Part shown: positions 12,804-25,144 of the stretch, piece by piece | Numbering within the stretch: the first letter of the stretch is position 1 | Layout: the number at the start of each line of letters is the position of its first letter | NCBI GenBank assembly: GCA_002269645.1 | Contig: NIVC01000486.1 | Span: forward strand, 62,001-126,000 | Direction of reading: 5' to 3' | From: Macrostomum lignano | Taxonomy: Eukaryota | DNA length: 64,000 nucleotides | Notes under the pieces: generated by a model | Database searches by the model: none | The model's input: only the letters and a program-made list of their open reading frames with translations | Told to the model about the DNA's origin: nothing | Program-made: the position numbers and the translations under genes

Positions 12804-13887
12804 TGTAACAGTTGCCTATTATTTTGCTTACTTTGCCTATTTTTGTCTATTTTGTCTACTGATTTCACGTATAATACGAATATTTTTCTAAAAACTACAA
12901 AACATTATTTGTGCCTACATAAATGAATATTTTATCATTAGTAGTAATTATTAGTCTCAATTAGTAGCCTACCGTATAATCTAGTATTTGATTAGTTTAA
13001 ATGCGTCCGCCATTTTGTTAGCAAATTCTATATAAGCAAGAAAAATATATCGAGAGAGGATATTCCTTCGGCCTCCTCCTGCCTTACCTGCTTTGTTCGC
13101 TGAGACCTCCGCTAGTCTAGTTATTCAGCGGTTGTAACTGAACACTGTTCTAAAAATAGCTCCGTCTTAGTCATTTAAAGGCGTTCCGCCTTTCCCCTTG
13201 CGAAGCCTGTACAGTAAGAAGTGTTTAAAACTTCTTCCCCCTTTCCCGGGACGCTCAGTCTGCCCCCCTCCCCCCGAGCTTTGTCTCTTTCCCTTCTCCC
13301 AGCAGAACTGGCGCCTGCCGCTTCTGCTCCTCCCCCCCTTTAGTGGACAGTCCGTCTGCTCAGGTGTACAGCCTTATCCCCTCAGACGTTCAGTCTGCCC
13401 CCCCCCTTCCACCGGCATCCCCGCTCCCAACCCCCAATCCTTCCCAGTCAAAATTTCCCACATTCATTAGGCAGATTGCCTTCTTATCTAATGCTGCCAG
13501 CATTCCCTATTAGCATTTAGAAATCTTCCACCAGGACGCTTTCCCAGGCAACTCCGATCCATCGCGAAGCCCTTAATTCCCCTCTCCCATCTATCTTTCC
13601 CGGACTGAGAATAGAAACTGTGTCTTGCCGCTCGGACACACCACGCCACCAGGAGCAACCTACGGCTTACTCCTGTTAGTAGTATAAATTGCGCAGTTTT
13701 CCCCCGAATTCCCAAGAAATCCCCAATAGGCCCCGACCCCTGTAACGAATTGATAGGAACGCAGCTGAGAAAGGAACCCTACAACAAATTGGTGTCAGCA
13801 ATAGGAAAACTTCCCTCCCCCAAGAGCCCTATAACAAAATTTGGTAACAGCGGTGGGATTTTCTTAATAATAAACAGCCCTATAACA
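12804..13887 (+). mobile_element. Solo LTR (1084 bp) inserted in polB
   Basis: TGTAACA...TATAACA ends, 4-bp TSD ATAT (12800-12803/13888-13891), TATATAA near 13029. GC-richer than the flanking Polinton DNA. Confidence 0.9.
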
Positions 13888-14982
13888 ATATTGATAAAGC
13901 AAAGAAATATTTCTCAAAACCTAACTTTAAAGATTTTATAAAATTTGATGATAACTTTATGGGTATTCATATGAGAAATAAAACAACAAAATTTCTTAAA
14001 CCAATATTTATTGGAATGGTTGTTTTAGATTATGCAAAGCTAGTAATGTATGAATATTATTATGATGTTATAAATAAAACATGGCCAGATAACTATCCAA
14101 TATATGCAGACACCGACAGTTTGGTATTTAAGGTTGAAACACCAGATGTCTATAAAGATATGGAAAAAATTAAGGATACATTGGACACCTCCGACTATCC
14201 GGATAACCATCCTTTAAAATCAGATCAAAATAAAAAAGTTGTACTTAAAATGAAAGATGAATTAAATAGCAAAATCATAACCGAGTTTATAGCAATAAGA
14301 TCAAAATGCTATGCATTTAAAGTTTTAGGACAGGAGGGAGAGGTAAAAAAAATAAAAGGGGTATCAAGAGCGGCAGTTAAAAAGATAACATTTGATGATT
14401 ATAAAAACGTACTTTTAGATTATCTTAATACAATTGAAAATTATCATGCTCCACAATATCGATTAAATTCAGATAAGCATCAGATGTTTGTCATCGAGAC
14501 AGATAAAAAAACATTAAGTCCATTTGATGATAAAAGATATTTAGATGATAAAATAAAAACATATCCATATGGTTTAAAAGAAGAGATAAAAAACATGATA
14601 AAAGATAAAAAACAAAAAGAAGATATAATAAGCAAATATATAGAATACAAAGAAGCAATAAATAATTATTATTACGATTGTGATTGCGAATCCGAATGTG
14701 AATGTGAATATAATAAATATCTAGAATATGAAAAAGATATAGATAATTATTATGCAACATTTCCAAAAGAACTTAAAAAATTAAACAAGGAAAAAGTCTT
14801 GAATAACTGGAAGAAATTAACAGAAAAATTACTTATCGGATAAAATCCGCGACCCTTCGGGGCGGAAAAAAACCAAAGCATGTAATTGTTTAAGCATATC
14901 ATTAAGTTCAATTTCATATATTATTGAAGGCCAATTTTCTTCGCAGTCGTCAGGGTAACTTAAACATTCTTTTATTTTTTTC

Positions 14983-15201
14983 CTAAGTTTTTTTTATTTT
15001 TCTAACAAGACGATCAATTTCAATTTCAATTACTATTTCAGCATAATTAATTGCTTTTTGTATAAAACGTTTTCTTTTATCCAAGTCGTATCGGATAGGA
15101 AACATATCGTCCCCATAATCACTATAAAACATATTATTTATTTTTTTATTAATATAATTAAGTTCACGCTCTTTAGTGATAAGGATAATTTGTATCTCCA
15201 T
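14983..15201 (-). CDS. Small Polinton protein of unknown function
   Basis: AAAATG start, convergent with polB; no recognised motif. Confidence 0.5.
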   Translation of the reverse strand: MEIQIILITKERELNYINKKINNMFYSDYGDDMFPIRYDLDKRKRFIQKAINYAEIVIEIEIDRLVRKIKKT

Positions 15202-15217
15202 TTTCTTATAAAAAAAT

Positions 15218-15550
15218 TTAGTCATCTTCGTCAGTCTCCCAAACGGCAGCCAATTTTACAGTCCTGTCACTCTTTTTATTATTTGTTTGTTTTAGTTTAA
15301 ATTGCAACCCACCCTCGGTGCTGTATTTTATAATGAACGCTTTAGGTTTATTAATAACTAAAACTGGAAAATTTTTAACATCATTCCCACTTAGACATAG
15401 TATTGTTTGCCCATCTAATTGTAAAAATATCGATTGAAGTCCAATAAATTTAACCTGTCTCAAACATATAATATTATATTCTTTATTCTCCAACATATTG
15501 GGTGTGAGATAATTAATCACATTAGAATCGGTTTTGAACCAACTTTCCAT
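15218..15550 (-). CDS. Small Polinton protein of unknown function (110 aa)
   Basis: TAAAAATG start; tightly packed ORF. Confidence 0.55.
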   Translation of the reverse strand: MESWFKTDSNVINYLTPNMLENKEYNIICLRQVKFIGLQSIFLQLDGQTILCLSGNDVKNFPVLVINKPKAFIIKYSTEGGLQFKLKQTNNKKSDRTVKLAAVWETDEDD

Positions 15551-15576
15551 TTTTAATCTAAAAAAATAACAAAAAA

Positions 15577-16095
15577 ATGAAAGACATTTATGAATGTAAA
15601 AAATGTAATGTGACTATGCATAGAGCTCAAACAGCAAGCGGAGATATATATCATACCGGTATGTGCTATTCATGTTCTAAAATATATCAATTTGAAAAAA
15701 CAAAAAAGATTGAAAACTCATATTACTATTTTAAAAACACAATTTTAAGAAATCTTACAAGAGACATTTCTCATCCAATTTTAATTCCCGGAAATAATGT
15801 TTATTTATGTAACAACTTTTTCCATTTAAATAAAGGAAAGGGATTAAGTTCGAAAGACTCCGAAAGGATTTTAATTTTAGTTGGATATTATTTTAATTTT
15901 CTTATTCGAGAGAATACAAAGTTTATAAGGATAGGTAACATACCTAACGAAATGTTATTGAAAAAGTCGTTGAAATTTTTATGTATTGATAAAAAATTTA
16001 AACCTAGAATTACAAGAGAATTACCACTTTGGGAAGAATATATAACGTATGCGTTAGAAAAACTAAACAACATTAAGTTCTACCGCACTACCTGA
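15577..16095 (+). CDS. Polinton protein with an N-terminal CxxC...CxxC putative zinc ribbon (172 aa)
   Basis: ECKKC...MCYSC; AAAAATG start. Confidence 0.55.
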   Translation: MKDIYECKKCNVTMHRAQTASGDIYHTGMCYSCSKIYQFEKTKKIENSYYYFKNTILRNLTRDISHPILIPGNNVYLCNNFFHLNKGKGLSSKDSERILILVGYYFNFLIRENTKFIRIGNIPNEMLLKKSLKFLCIDKKFKPRITRELPLWEEYITYALEKLNNIKFYRTT

Positions 16096-17080
16096 CCTTG
16101 GGCTTTGTACCCCAGTACCAATAGTTTCGGGTTCGTAAATACCTAATGTTTCTATCGGTGGAGCTTTGGGTTTATCGAGTCTCAACTCTTTTAATTCCAT
16201 ATCGGTAAAAGTTTCAACATCTAAAATTCTATTTCGATCTTTTAAATATTTTTCATATAATTCAACCGCCGTTGATAACTCATGAATTGTTATCTCTCCA
16301 TCATCCAATATTTTTTGCACATATAAATACAACTGATTTTTATATTGTTTTGCAATATCTCTTAATGATTTATATTTATCCTTTCGTTTTTTAAGATATA
16401 ATTTAATTGCCATAAGTATTGATAAATTTCTGATTAATTCAAATCCTGATATTGAGCCAATCCTATATACTAAATCCTATATACTAAAAATGAAAATCTT
16501 GCTTGCTTGCTTGCTTGCTTGTAATCGATTAGAGAAAAAATGGCTTAACCGATTTTCATGAGACTTGCACTGTTCGATCAGAAATTTTCCCGTGACGGTA
16601 CATGCATCGTGGCTAAGAAATTGCTCGATGCTAAAGGCATTAAATATTCGAAAAACATGCTTTTTTGCAAAGGTCAAGCAAACTTTTCGACTTGAAATGC
16701 ATTGTACGAATGCTAGAGAAAAAATTGACTGGTTGATTCTGATTCTGAAATAGATTGCATCATAACTGAATTGTAACTCCGACTTGAATCGAAAATGCAG
16801 TGTGGAAGCGTAGCACCAGACTTGATTTATATTGCGTAACCATATTGTTAACTGATACTGACTGACTGAGAAATTGATTATGTCATAACTGCCTCGTGTG
16901 ATTTACTCCATGCTTGGAGTTTTGAAACTTATAATTATAAGTGCTAAAATTCATATTATCAAAACGATGAGAGCTAGCCTAGAGGTAAACAGACTGACTG
17001 CTAAATGCAGGGACGATGGTTCGAATTTTTAGAGAGTGGAATTTTTTTAATTAAAGCTTTTTAACACCAAGAAGAAAACT

Positions 17081-20000
17081 AAAAAATCATAGAAGCGTCA
17101 TGTAAAAAATCATAGAAGCGTCATGTAAACAATCATAGAAGCGTCATGTAAAAAATCATGGAAGCGTCATGAAAAAACCATAGGAGCGTCATGAAAAAAT
17201 CATAGAAGCATCATGTAAAAATCATGGAAGCGTCATGTAAAAAATCATAGAAGCGTCATGTAAAAATCATAGAAGCGTCAAGTAAACAATCATAGAAGCG
17301 TCATGTAAAAAATCATAGAAGCGTCATGTAAACAATCATAGAAGCGTCATGTAAAAAATCATAGAAGCGTCATGTAAACAATCATAGAAGCGTCATGCAA
17401 AAAATCATAGAAGTGTCATGTAAAAAATCATGGAAGCGTCATGTAAAAATCATAGAAGCGTCATGAAAAAATCATGGAAGCGTCATGTAAAAAATCATGG
17501 AAGCGTCATGAAAAAAAACCATGGAAGCGTCATGTAAAAAATCATAGAAGTGTCATGTAAAAAATCATGGAAGCGTCATGTAAAAAATCATAGAAGCGTC
17601 ATGTAAAAATCATAGAAGCGTCATGTAAAAATCATAGAAGCGTCATGTAAAAAATCATGGAAGCGTCATGTAAAAATCATAGTAGCGTCATGTAAAAAAT
17701 CATAGAAGCGTCATGAAAAAATCATAGAAGCGTCATGAAAAAAACATAGGAGCGTCATGAAAAAATCATAGAAGCGTCATGTAAAAAATCATGGAAGCGT
17801 CATGAAAAAAAACCATGGAAGCGTCATGTAAAAAATCATAGAAGTGTCATGTAAAAAATCATGGAAGCGTCATGTAAAAAATCATAGAAGCGTCATGTAA
17901 AAATCATAGAAGCGTCATGTAAAAATCATAGAAGCGTCATGTAAAAAATCATGGAAGCGTCATGTAAAAATCATAGTAGCGTCATGTAAAAAATCATAGA
18001 AGCGTCATGAAAAAATCATAGAAGCGTCATGAAAAAAACATAGGAGCGTCATGAAAAAATCATAGAAGCGTCATGTAAAAATCATAGAAGCGTCATGAAA
18101 AAATCATGGAAGCGTCATGTAAAAAATCATGGAAGCGTCATGTAAAAATCATAATAGCGTCATGTAAAAAATCATAGAAGTGTCATGTAAAAAATCATGG
18201 AAGCGTCATGTAAACAATCATAGAAGCGTCATGTAAAAAATCATAGAAGCGTCATGTAAACAATCATAGAAGCGTCATGTAAAAAATCATAGAAGCGTCA
18301 TGTAAACAATCATAGAAGCGTCATGCAAAAAATCATAGAAGTGTCATGTAAAAAATCATGGAAGCGTCATGTAAAAATCATAGAAGCGTCATGAAAAAAT
18401 CATGGAAGCGTCATGTAAAAAATCATAGAAGCGTCATGAAAAAATCATAGCAGCGTCATGAAAAAAAACCATGGAAGCGTCATGTAAAAATCATAGAAGT
18501 GTCATGTAAAAAATCATGGAAGCGTCATGTAAAAATCATAGAAGCGTCATGTAAAAATCATAGAAGCGTCATGTAAAAAATCATGGAAGCGTCATGTAAA
18601 AATCATAGTAGCGTCATGTAAAAAATCATAGAAGCGTCATGAAAAAATCATAGAAGCGTCATGAAAAAAATCATAGAAGTGTCATGTAAAAAATCATGGA
18701 AGCGTCATGTAAAAATCATAGAAGTGTCATGTAAAAAATCATGGAAGCGTCATGTAAAAAATCATAGAAGCGTCATGTAAAAATCATAGAAGCGTCATGT
18801 AAAAATCATAGAAGCGTCATGTAAAAAATCATGGAAGCGTCATGTAAAAATCATAGTAGCGTCATGTAAAAAATCATAGAAGCGTCATGAAAAAATCATA
18901 GAAGCGTCATGTAAAAATCATAGAAGCGTCATGTAAACAATCATAGAAGCGTCCTGCAGATATCGTAGAAGCGTCATGAAATAATCATAGAAGCGTCATG
19001 TAAAAAGCATAGAAGCGTCATGTAAAAAATCATAGAAGCGTCATGTAAACAATCATAGAAGCGTCATGTAAAAAATCATAGAAGCGTCATGTAAACAATC
19101 ATAGAAGCGTCATGTAAAAAATCATAGAAGCGTCATGTAAACAATCATAGAAGCGTCATGCAAAAAATCATAGAAGTGTCATGTAAAAAATCATGGAAGC
19201 GTCATGTAAAAATCATAGAAGCGTCATGAAAAAATCATGGAAGCGTCATGTAAAAAATCATAGAAGCGTCATGAAAAAATCATAGAAGCGTCATGAAAAA
19301 AAACCATGGAAGCGTCATGTAAAAATCATAGAAGTGTCATGTAAAAAATCATGGAAGCGTCATGTAAAAAATCATAGAAGCGTCATGTAAAAATCATAGA
19401 AGCGTCATGTAAAAAGCATAGAAGCGTCATGTAAAAAATCATAGAAGCGTCATGTAAACAATCATAGAAGCGTCATGTAAAAAATCATAGAAGCGTCATG
19501 TAAACAATCATAGAAGCGTCATGCAAAAAATCATAGAAGTGTCATGTAAAAAATCATGGAAGCGTCATGTAAAAATCATAGAAGCGTCATGAAAAAATCA
19601 TGGAAGCGTCATGTAAAAAATCATAGAAGCGTCATGAAAAAATCATAGAAGCGTCATGAAAAAAAACCATGGAAGCGTCATGTAAAAATCATAGAAGTGT
19701 CTTGTAGAAAATCATGGAAGCGTCATGTAAAAAATCATAGAAGCGTCATGTAAAAATCATAGAAGCGTCATGTAAAAATCATAGAAGCGTCATGTAAAAA
19801 ATCATGGAAGCGTCATGTAAAAATCATAGTAGCGTCATGTAAAAAATCATAGAAGCGTCATGAAAAAATCATAGAAGCGTCATGAAAAAAACATAGGAGC
19901 GTCATGAAAAAATCATAGAAACGTCATGTAAAAATCATAGAAGCGTCATGTAAAAATCATAGAATCGTCATATAAAAAGCATAGAAGCGTCATGTAAACA

Positions 20001-20480
20001 ATCATAGAAGCGTCATATACAAAGCATAGAAGCGTCATATAAACAATCACAGAAGCGTCATGAAAAAATCATGGAAGCGTCATGTAAAAATCATAGAAGT
20101 GTCATGTAAAAAATCATGGAAGCGTCATGAAAAAATCATAGAAGCGTCATGAAAAAATCATAGAAGCGTCCTGCAGAAATCGTAGAAGCATCATGTAAAC
20201 AATCATAGAAGCGTCATGTAAACAATCATCGAAGCGTCATGAAATAATCATAGAAGCGTCATGTAAAAAGCATAGAAGCGTCATGTAAAAAGCATAGAAG
20301 CGTCATGTAAAAAGCATAGAAGCGTCATGTAAACAATCATAGAAGCGTCATGAAAAAATCATAGAAGCCTCATTTAAAAACTAATGAAAGCGTCATTTAA
20401 AAAAATAAGAAGCATCATGGAAGAATAAAAGAAGTGTAATGTAAAAATCAAAAGAAGCGTCATGTCAGACATTAAGGATG
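17081..20480. repeat. About 22-bp satellite array (AAAAATCATAGAAGCGTCATGT, roughly 150 units) inside the Helitron
   Basis: Tandem units with A-tract length variation and recurring higher-order blocks. Confidence 0.97.
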
Positions 20481-21256
20481 TCATGTAAAAATGAAATGCA
20501 GCTATAATGCTGTGCTGGGAAGAAAAACTGAGACGTAAAGGCTCTCAGAGAATAACTGAGATTACGAGGGGGGGGGTTGTTTCTGGGATCTCAAAGCAAA
20601 AGTCAGAAGCTACTTCAAAGTTCATGTACTTTACTCAATTTTTTATTGCATTCTTTGTTGGCTCGCCATGGGGGGGGGGGGTGCTGATAGAAGAAGAGTC
20701 ATGTAAAAAATAAAAGTAGCACTATGTATACATAAAAGACAAGTCATGTCGAAGTTAAAAGATTCATTTGGGAATTGCTACGATGTCAAAGCTTGGTGGA
20801 AATCGTTATAGTGCTGTGATTCTTAAAGAAGGAATCACTAAAATGTCAAGGCTTAGGGGAGAAGAATTGCTGAGATTTCAAGGCTTTAGGTTGGGTTAAA
20901 GTTATGTTTAGGTCAGGTGTGGGTTGAGGGTTATATTTTATCGGGTTTCAAGGTTAACAGTGGATTTTTTAGATTTCAAGGTTTATGGGGGCCATCGCTG
21001 ACATGTCAAGGCTTACGGACGCGGGGGGGAATAGCTGAGATGTCAAGGCTCACGGGGGTATAAATGAGATTTCAAGGCTAAAGTCAGAAGCTACATGTAG
21101 TTTATTGAAAACTTTTTATTACATTATTTGATGCCTCCTCAGGCGAGGGATCGCTGATAAAAAAAGCGTTATGTAAAAAATAAAAGAAGCTTATCGCTAT
21201 AATGCTGTAGTAGTGCTATAATGACTCTTAGAGAGAATTACTGAAATTTCAATGCT

Positions 21257-21295
21257 TTAGGGTTAGGTTAGGGTTAGGGTTAGGGTTAGGGTTAG
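21257..21295 (+). repeat. Interstitial telomere-type (TTAGGG)n tract inside the Helitron
   Basis: Five TTAGGG, one TTAGG and one partial unit. Confidence 0.8.
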
Positions 21296-21762
21296 AAGGT
21301 TGACAGATATTTTTAGATTTCCAAGGCTTATTGGGGGCATTGCTGAGATGTCAAGGGGGGAAGTTGATATGTTAAAGCTGGGGGGGGGAATTACTGACAT
21401 GTCAAGGCTTACAAGGTTTGACAGGAGATTTTTTAAGATTTCAAGGATACATGTAGCTTATTAAAAAAACGTGTAAAGCATTTCTTTGGCTCCCCAACGG
21501 GGGGCGTAGATTGCTAGTTGAAATACCTAAAAATAATTGAGATAAATTAAGAGTTGGAATAGATTGTAAAATACCTAAAACGATTACACATAACATCGAT
21601 AAGCTTCCAAAACCAATATTGAAAAAATCCATATTTCTGATATGGTTTGAAATCCTTCTTACTTTTTTAACATATAAATTATAATCATAGTTAATACGAT
21701 CAACATTACTTAACATGTGACCTTTACGTTGGTTAAAATGGTCACGTTCCCTTTTATCTGCC

Positions 21763-22089
21763 TCAGATACTGACATTTTCGTCTATTTTTAATAGCACCA
21801 AAATGAATTCCCCGCGCTCTTTGGGTATTTGTCCGGAGCTTAATAGGTATTGTATCGGAGTGATTCTTTCTTTTTTCTCCCATTTAAATCCTATTTTCCA
21901 AAACTCTTGAAGTATAATATGATTTTTTAACAATTTAATTAATTCTTGAAGTTTCTTATTATCCTGAACATTCACATGACTAAATAAATATTTGGTATGA
22001 GATTTGTATGTTTTTATATTTGATTCTTGTTTAGGAATAGGAATAATAACATTATTTTGCCGCATCGATGGGGTTCTACTAAAAGCCAT
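21763..22089 (-). CDS. Small Polinton protein of unknown function (108 aa)
   Basis: TATAAAATG start; overlaps the next ORF start. Confidence 0.6.
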   Translation of the reverse strand: MAFSRTPSMRQNNVIIPIPKQESNIKTYKSHTKYLFSHVNVQDNKKLQELIKLLKNHIILQEFWKIGFKWEKKERITPIQYLLSSGQIPKERGEFILVLLKIDENVSI

Positions 22090-23113
22090 TTTATATATAA
22101 ATATTTTATATAGCTACGGGTGGTTTTTCTAAATAACCAGTAGAAGGAAAAACATAACCAAACGATGTGCTACCACAAACGGCTGCGCCACGAATAAAAT
22201 GTGCGGCATCTGCTCCTCCAGTTCGAGCACCAAAACCCATAAGGGTTCCAGCTTTATCTAAAGTTCCCCAATTTCCACTATCGTATGTGAAAACGTTCTG
22301 GCCAATTAGCGTATAAGCATCACCAGCAACATTGTATGTGTTTATTTGATACCAAACTCTTTGATTTAAAATATTAATTTCAAATAAATGCCAATCGCCG
22401 TTATCAATATTTGCATAAGTTATAGTTTGATCAGCATCATTAAGAACATCATTACGAACTGTTGCTCCGTCTGATTTTATATTACTCCAAACAACTCCAA
22501 CTCTATCATGCCATTCACTCGCAAACACAATCAAGCCGGCGTTGGTTGTTAACCCGGATCCAAATTCACTTGTTGGTCGTTCGTGACAATATGCATAAAA
22601 CCAAACCGCATCAGCACCACTTCCTGTGGCATTAGCAACTCGGAAATAGAAGGAGGCGGATATATTACGAAAATGGGTGAAATTAAATTGCAACGCTCCA
22701 GACTGACCACTTGCTTCATCAGTAATTCTAGCTCCATTTTGATAATCAATATAAGTAGCGTCACCAACAAAACTTCCAGTTGGAAAAATATCGCCGGCGG
22801 TGGTTGGATTTTGATATCCAGTCCAATTGCAAATCACAGGCTCGTACAAAGCGGCATCAATCGCGGGTATTCCATCCAATTTTATTTTATCGTTAAAAGA
22901 CATTCGGCCATCCGCCGTTTGGGTTACTCGCGTATCAACATAACCTTTAGTAACAACGGAAGTGTTATCGTTTATAGTAGAGATATTAGTAATTGTATTA
23001 CCACCCATATCAATTGATTGATCAACCACTCCTAAATTTGAGGTAAGGTAGCACGCTTTAGCAGGCAGAGAAAAACAAAAGTTAAAATCAACATAGATTA
23101 CAATTAATTCTTT

Positions 23114-23158
23114 CTACCGACGCGTTTCGGACCAACAATGGCCATCTTCAGGGTCTAG
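23114..23158 (-). ncRNA. Hammerhead ribozyme (Penelope-type, minimal palindromic stem III)
   Basis: ACC-CUGAAGA-UGGCCAUUGUUGGUCC-GAAACGCGUC-GGU core. Confidence 0.75.
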
Positions 23159-23995
23159 TGTATTTTTAACACTCACAACAACTTTATATAAGTGAACAAA
23201 TGTTAACTGTACAGTCCAAAGGGCATGTCATGGGCAGAATTTTCCAAAAATGTTAAGCATATAGATTGCAAGTACATTGTTCAGACTTGTGCCTTTACTT
23301 AGAATACATTGAGCAAATGGCCCGCACCACTATGGGAGAGCTGAATATTCAGATTAGGTTTTTGGTCTTTAATGTACATGGATTCAAGTATGTTGAGTCT
23401 AAAATCAGTTCTACACCGATCAATAATTATAAACTGCTGAGTTTGCTCAATTTCGCAACAACTGTTGCAACTGAGCAGGTGGTCTTGGATAGCCGACCTT
23501 TTCAACCAATGCTCTCTGACTCTGGTGTACAGGTGCCTTTTAGTTTTACCTATATAGGTAATGTTCTGGTCAACAGAACAAGAGAATTTATACACAACAC
23601 CTGCCGCCAGAACAAGAGGAACATGGGATTTCAGTCTACTAACGTATTGGCCAACCTTAGCAGTGCGGAAAACAATCTTAATAGGCGTGTTAAAGAATTA
23701 ACAAGAATACTCAAACCGATTATTGGATTATTGATCGGTGTAGAACTGATTTTAGACTCAACATACTTGAATCCATGTACATTAAAGACCAAAAACCTAA
23801 TCTGAATATTCAGCTCTCCCATAGTGGTGCGGGCCATTTGCTCAATGTATTCTAAGTAAAGGCACAAGTCTGAACAATGTACTTGCAATCTATATGCTTA
23901 ACATTTTTGGAAAATTCTGCCCATGACATGCCCTTTGGACTGTACAGTTAACATTTGTTCACTTATATAAAGTTGTTGTGAGTGTTAAAAATACA

Positions 23996-24040
23996 CTAGA
24001 CCCTGAAGATGGCCATTGTTGGTCCGAAACGCGTCGGTAG
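23996..24040 (+). ncRNA. Hammerhead ribozyme, inverted copy
   Basis: CTGAAGA at 24003, GAAAC at 24026, predicted cleavage after GUC at 24035. Confidence 0.75.
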
Positions 24041-25144
24041 AAAGAATTAATTGTAATCTATGTTGATTTTAACTCCTAAATTTAAATCAAGAATTGTAAA
24101 CGTCTGTCTATAAATCTGGAAGGTTGACAGACCTGGGTTGGTTGAACCCGAGGTTGATGTAAGACAGAACAATCTGAAATATTAATATGTTTTATCAAAA
24201 TTTTGTGTTACATTAATTGTTTGAGTTGAGTTATTTATTTCTACAGAACTAGCCGCAGGTATTAATACATCCCAACTTGTATTGTCATTACTTCCCTCAA
24301 ATCGCCATGATGCTGGGTGTTCGGTTGAAGGTGATGGTCTCCCACGCAAATCAATTTTATAACACATTATTGCGGAAGGGCATTGGACTTGAATCCAATA
24401 ATCGGTTTGAGTATTATTTGTTGCCCAATCTGTTGAATCGTCACCATCAAACGCTTTCCAGCTTGCAAAATCGGTTGTATTAAATTCGGTGCTTGCGGTT
24501 ATTGCAAAACCATTTCCACTCCAATCTGCCATGGTAGGTATGTGACCAGTTTCAACCGTTTGGAATCGATCTTGTTTTGGGGCTCCACCCCCAACTAAAT
24601 TATCAACCTCCGTTTTGGTATAAGAATCAGCAACATTCCGTTTTAAATTTAAGGAATTATCAACTTCGGTTTTGGTATAAGAATCGGCAACATTCCGTTT
24701 CAAATTTAAGGAATTATCAACTTCGGTTTTGGTATAAGAATCAGCAACATTCCGTTTTAAATTTAAGGAATTATCAACTTCGGTTTTGGTATAAGAATCA
24801 GTTATATCTCTTTTCAAATTTAATGAATCATCAATTTGAGTTCGAGAATAAGAATCAGCAATATCTCTTTTTAAATTTATTAAATTATCTATTTCAGTTT
24901 TGGTATATGAATCGGCCGTATTGCGTTTTAAATTGAATGAATTATCTATTTGAGTTTTGGTATAAGAATCTGCAACATTTCTTTTTAAATTTAGTTTAGT
25001 ATCAACTTCACTTTTTTTATAACCTTCATCTTCATTAATATATCGGTTATCTCCGAATGTGACGCTTATTCCACCAGACGTACCACCGCCAGTACTTGTT
25101 GTTCCGTTCCATGAGGGTGTTCCAGAAAATAACATTTTTACTGT

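Larger units (their letters stand above)
9805..14843 (+). pseudogene. polB: Protein-primed family B DNA polymerase interrupted by a solo LTR; 1316 aa once the LTR and one TSD copy are removed
   Basis: Exo I YADFE, Exo II FHNGSGYD, HCHLTG..RGAACRSCN zinc motif, Pol A YLDANNLYG, Pol B KLMNNAFYGK, Pol C YADTDS. Joining 9805-12803 to 13892-14843 is in frame (HLEKD-IDKAKKYFSKPNF). Confidence 0.95.
16461..21517 (+). mobile_element. Non-autonomous Helitron (5057 bp)
   Basis: Inserted between A and T with no TSD. 5' TC(CTATATACTAAA) followed by a (TTGC)n tract. 3' hairpin GCTCCCC-AAC-GGGGGGC (21489-21505), then CTAG at 21514-21517. Confidence 0.9.
16063..21776 (-). pseudogene. Polinton membrane-type protein (218 aa) split by a Helitron
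   Basis: Joining 21776-21518 to 16460-16063 gives 657 nt in frame (SQLFLGIS-IGSISGFELIRNLSILMAIKLYL) with a hydrophobic central segment. Confidence 0.8.
23040..24071 (-). mobile_element. 5'-truncated Penelope-like retroelement with an inverted pseudo-LTR
   Basis: GIY-YIG C-terminus (VYKFSCS...YIGKTKRHLYTRVREH) at 23299-23595. 348-bp inverted repeat 23080-23427/23727-24074. 12-bp TSD ACTCCTAAATTT (23028-23039/24072-24083). Confidence 0.9.
22106..25135 (-). pseudogene. Fibre/receptor-binding-like protein (about 661 codons) disrupted by a TAA at 24182-24184 and a Penelope-like insertion
   Basis: 19-aa SYTKTEVDNSLNLKRNVAD repeats, a discoidin/F5-8-like domain (ASWKAFDGDDSTDW...WRFEGSND...YFRL), the fibre motif IDMGGNTITN...VTKGYVD and a lectin-like C-terminus. 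The frame continues across the stop and across the insertion once one TSD copy is removed. Confidence 0.75.

Noticed and set aside
12804-12891. Hydrophobic C-terminal tail of the 1028-aa polB ORF
   Set aside because: Read-through into the solo LTR; the polymerase continues at 13892.
17081-20480. CRISPR-like appearance of regular short repeats (also 53535-55030, 51415-51965)
   Set aside because: Units are head-to-tail with no unique spacers, there are no cas genes, and the context is eukaryotic.
23266-23888. Twin MQVHCSDL... ORFs on opposite strands
   Set aside because: Antisense frames of the Penelope inverted repeat.
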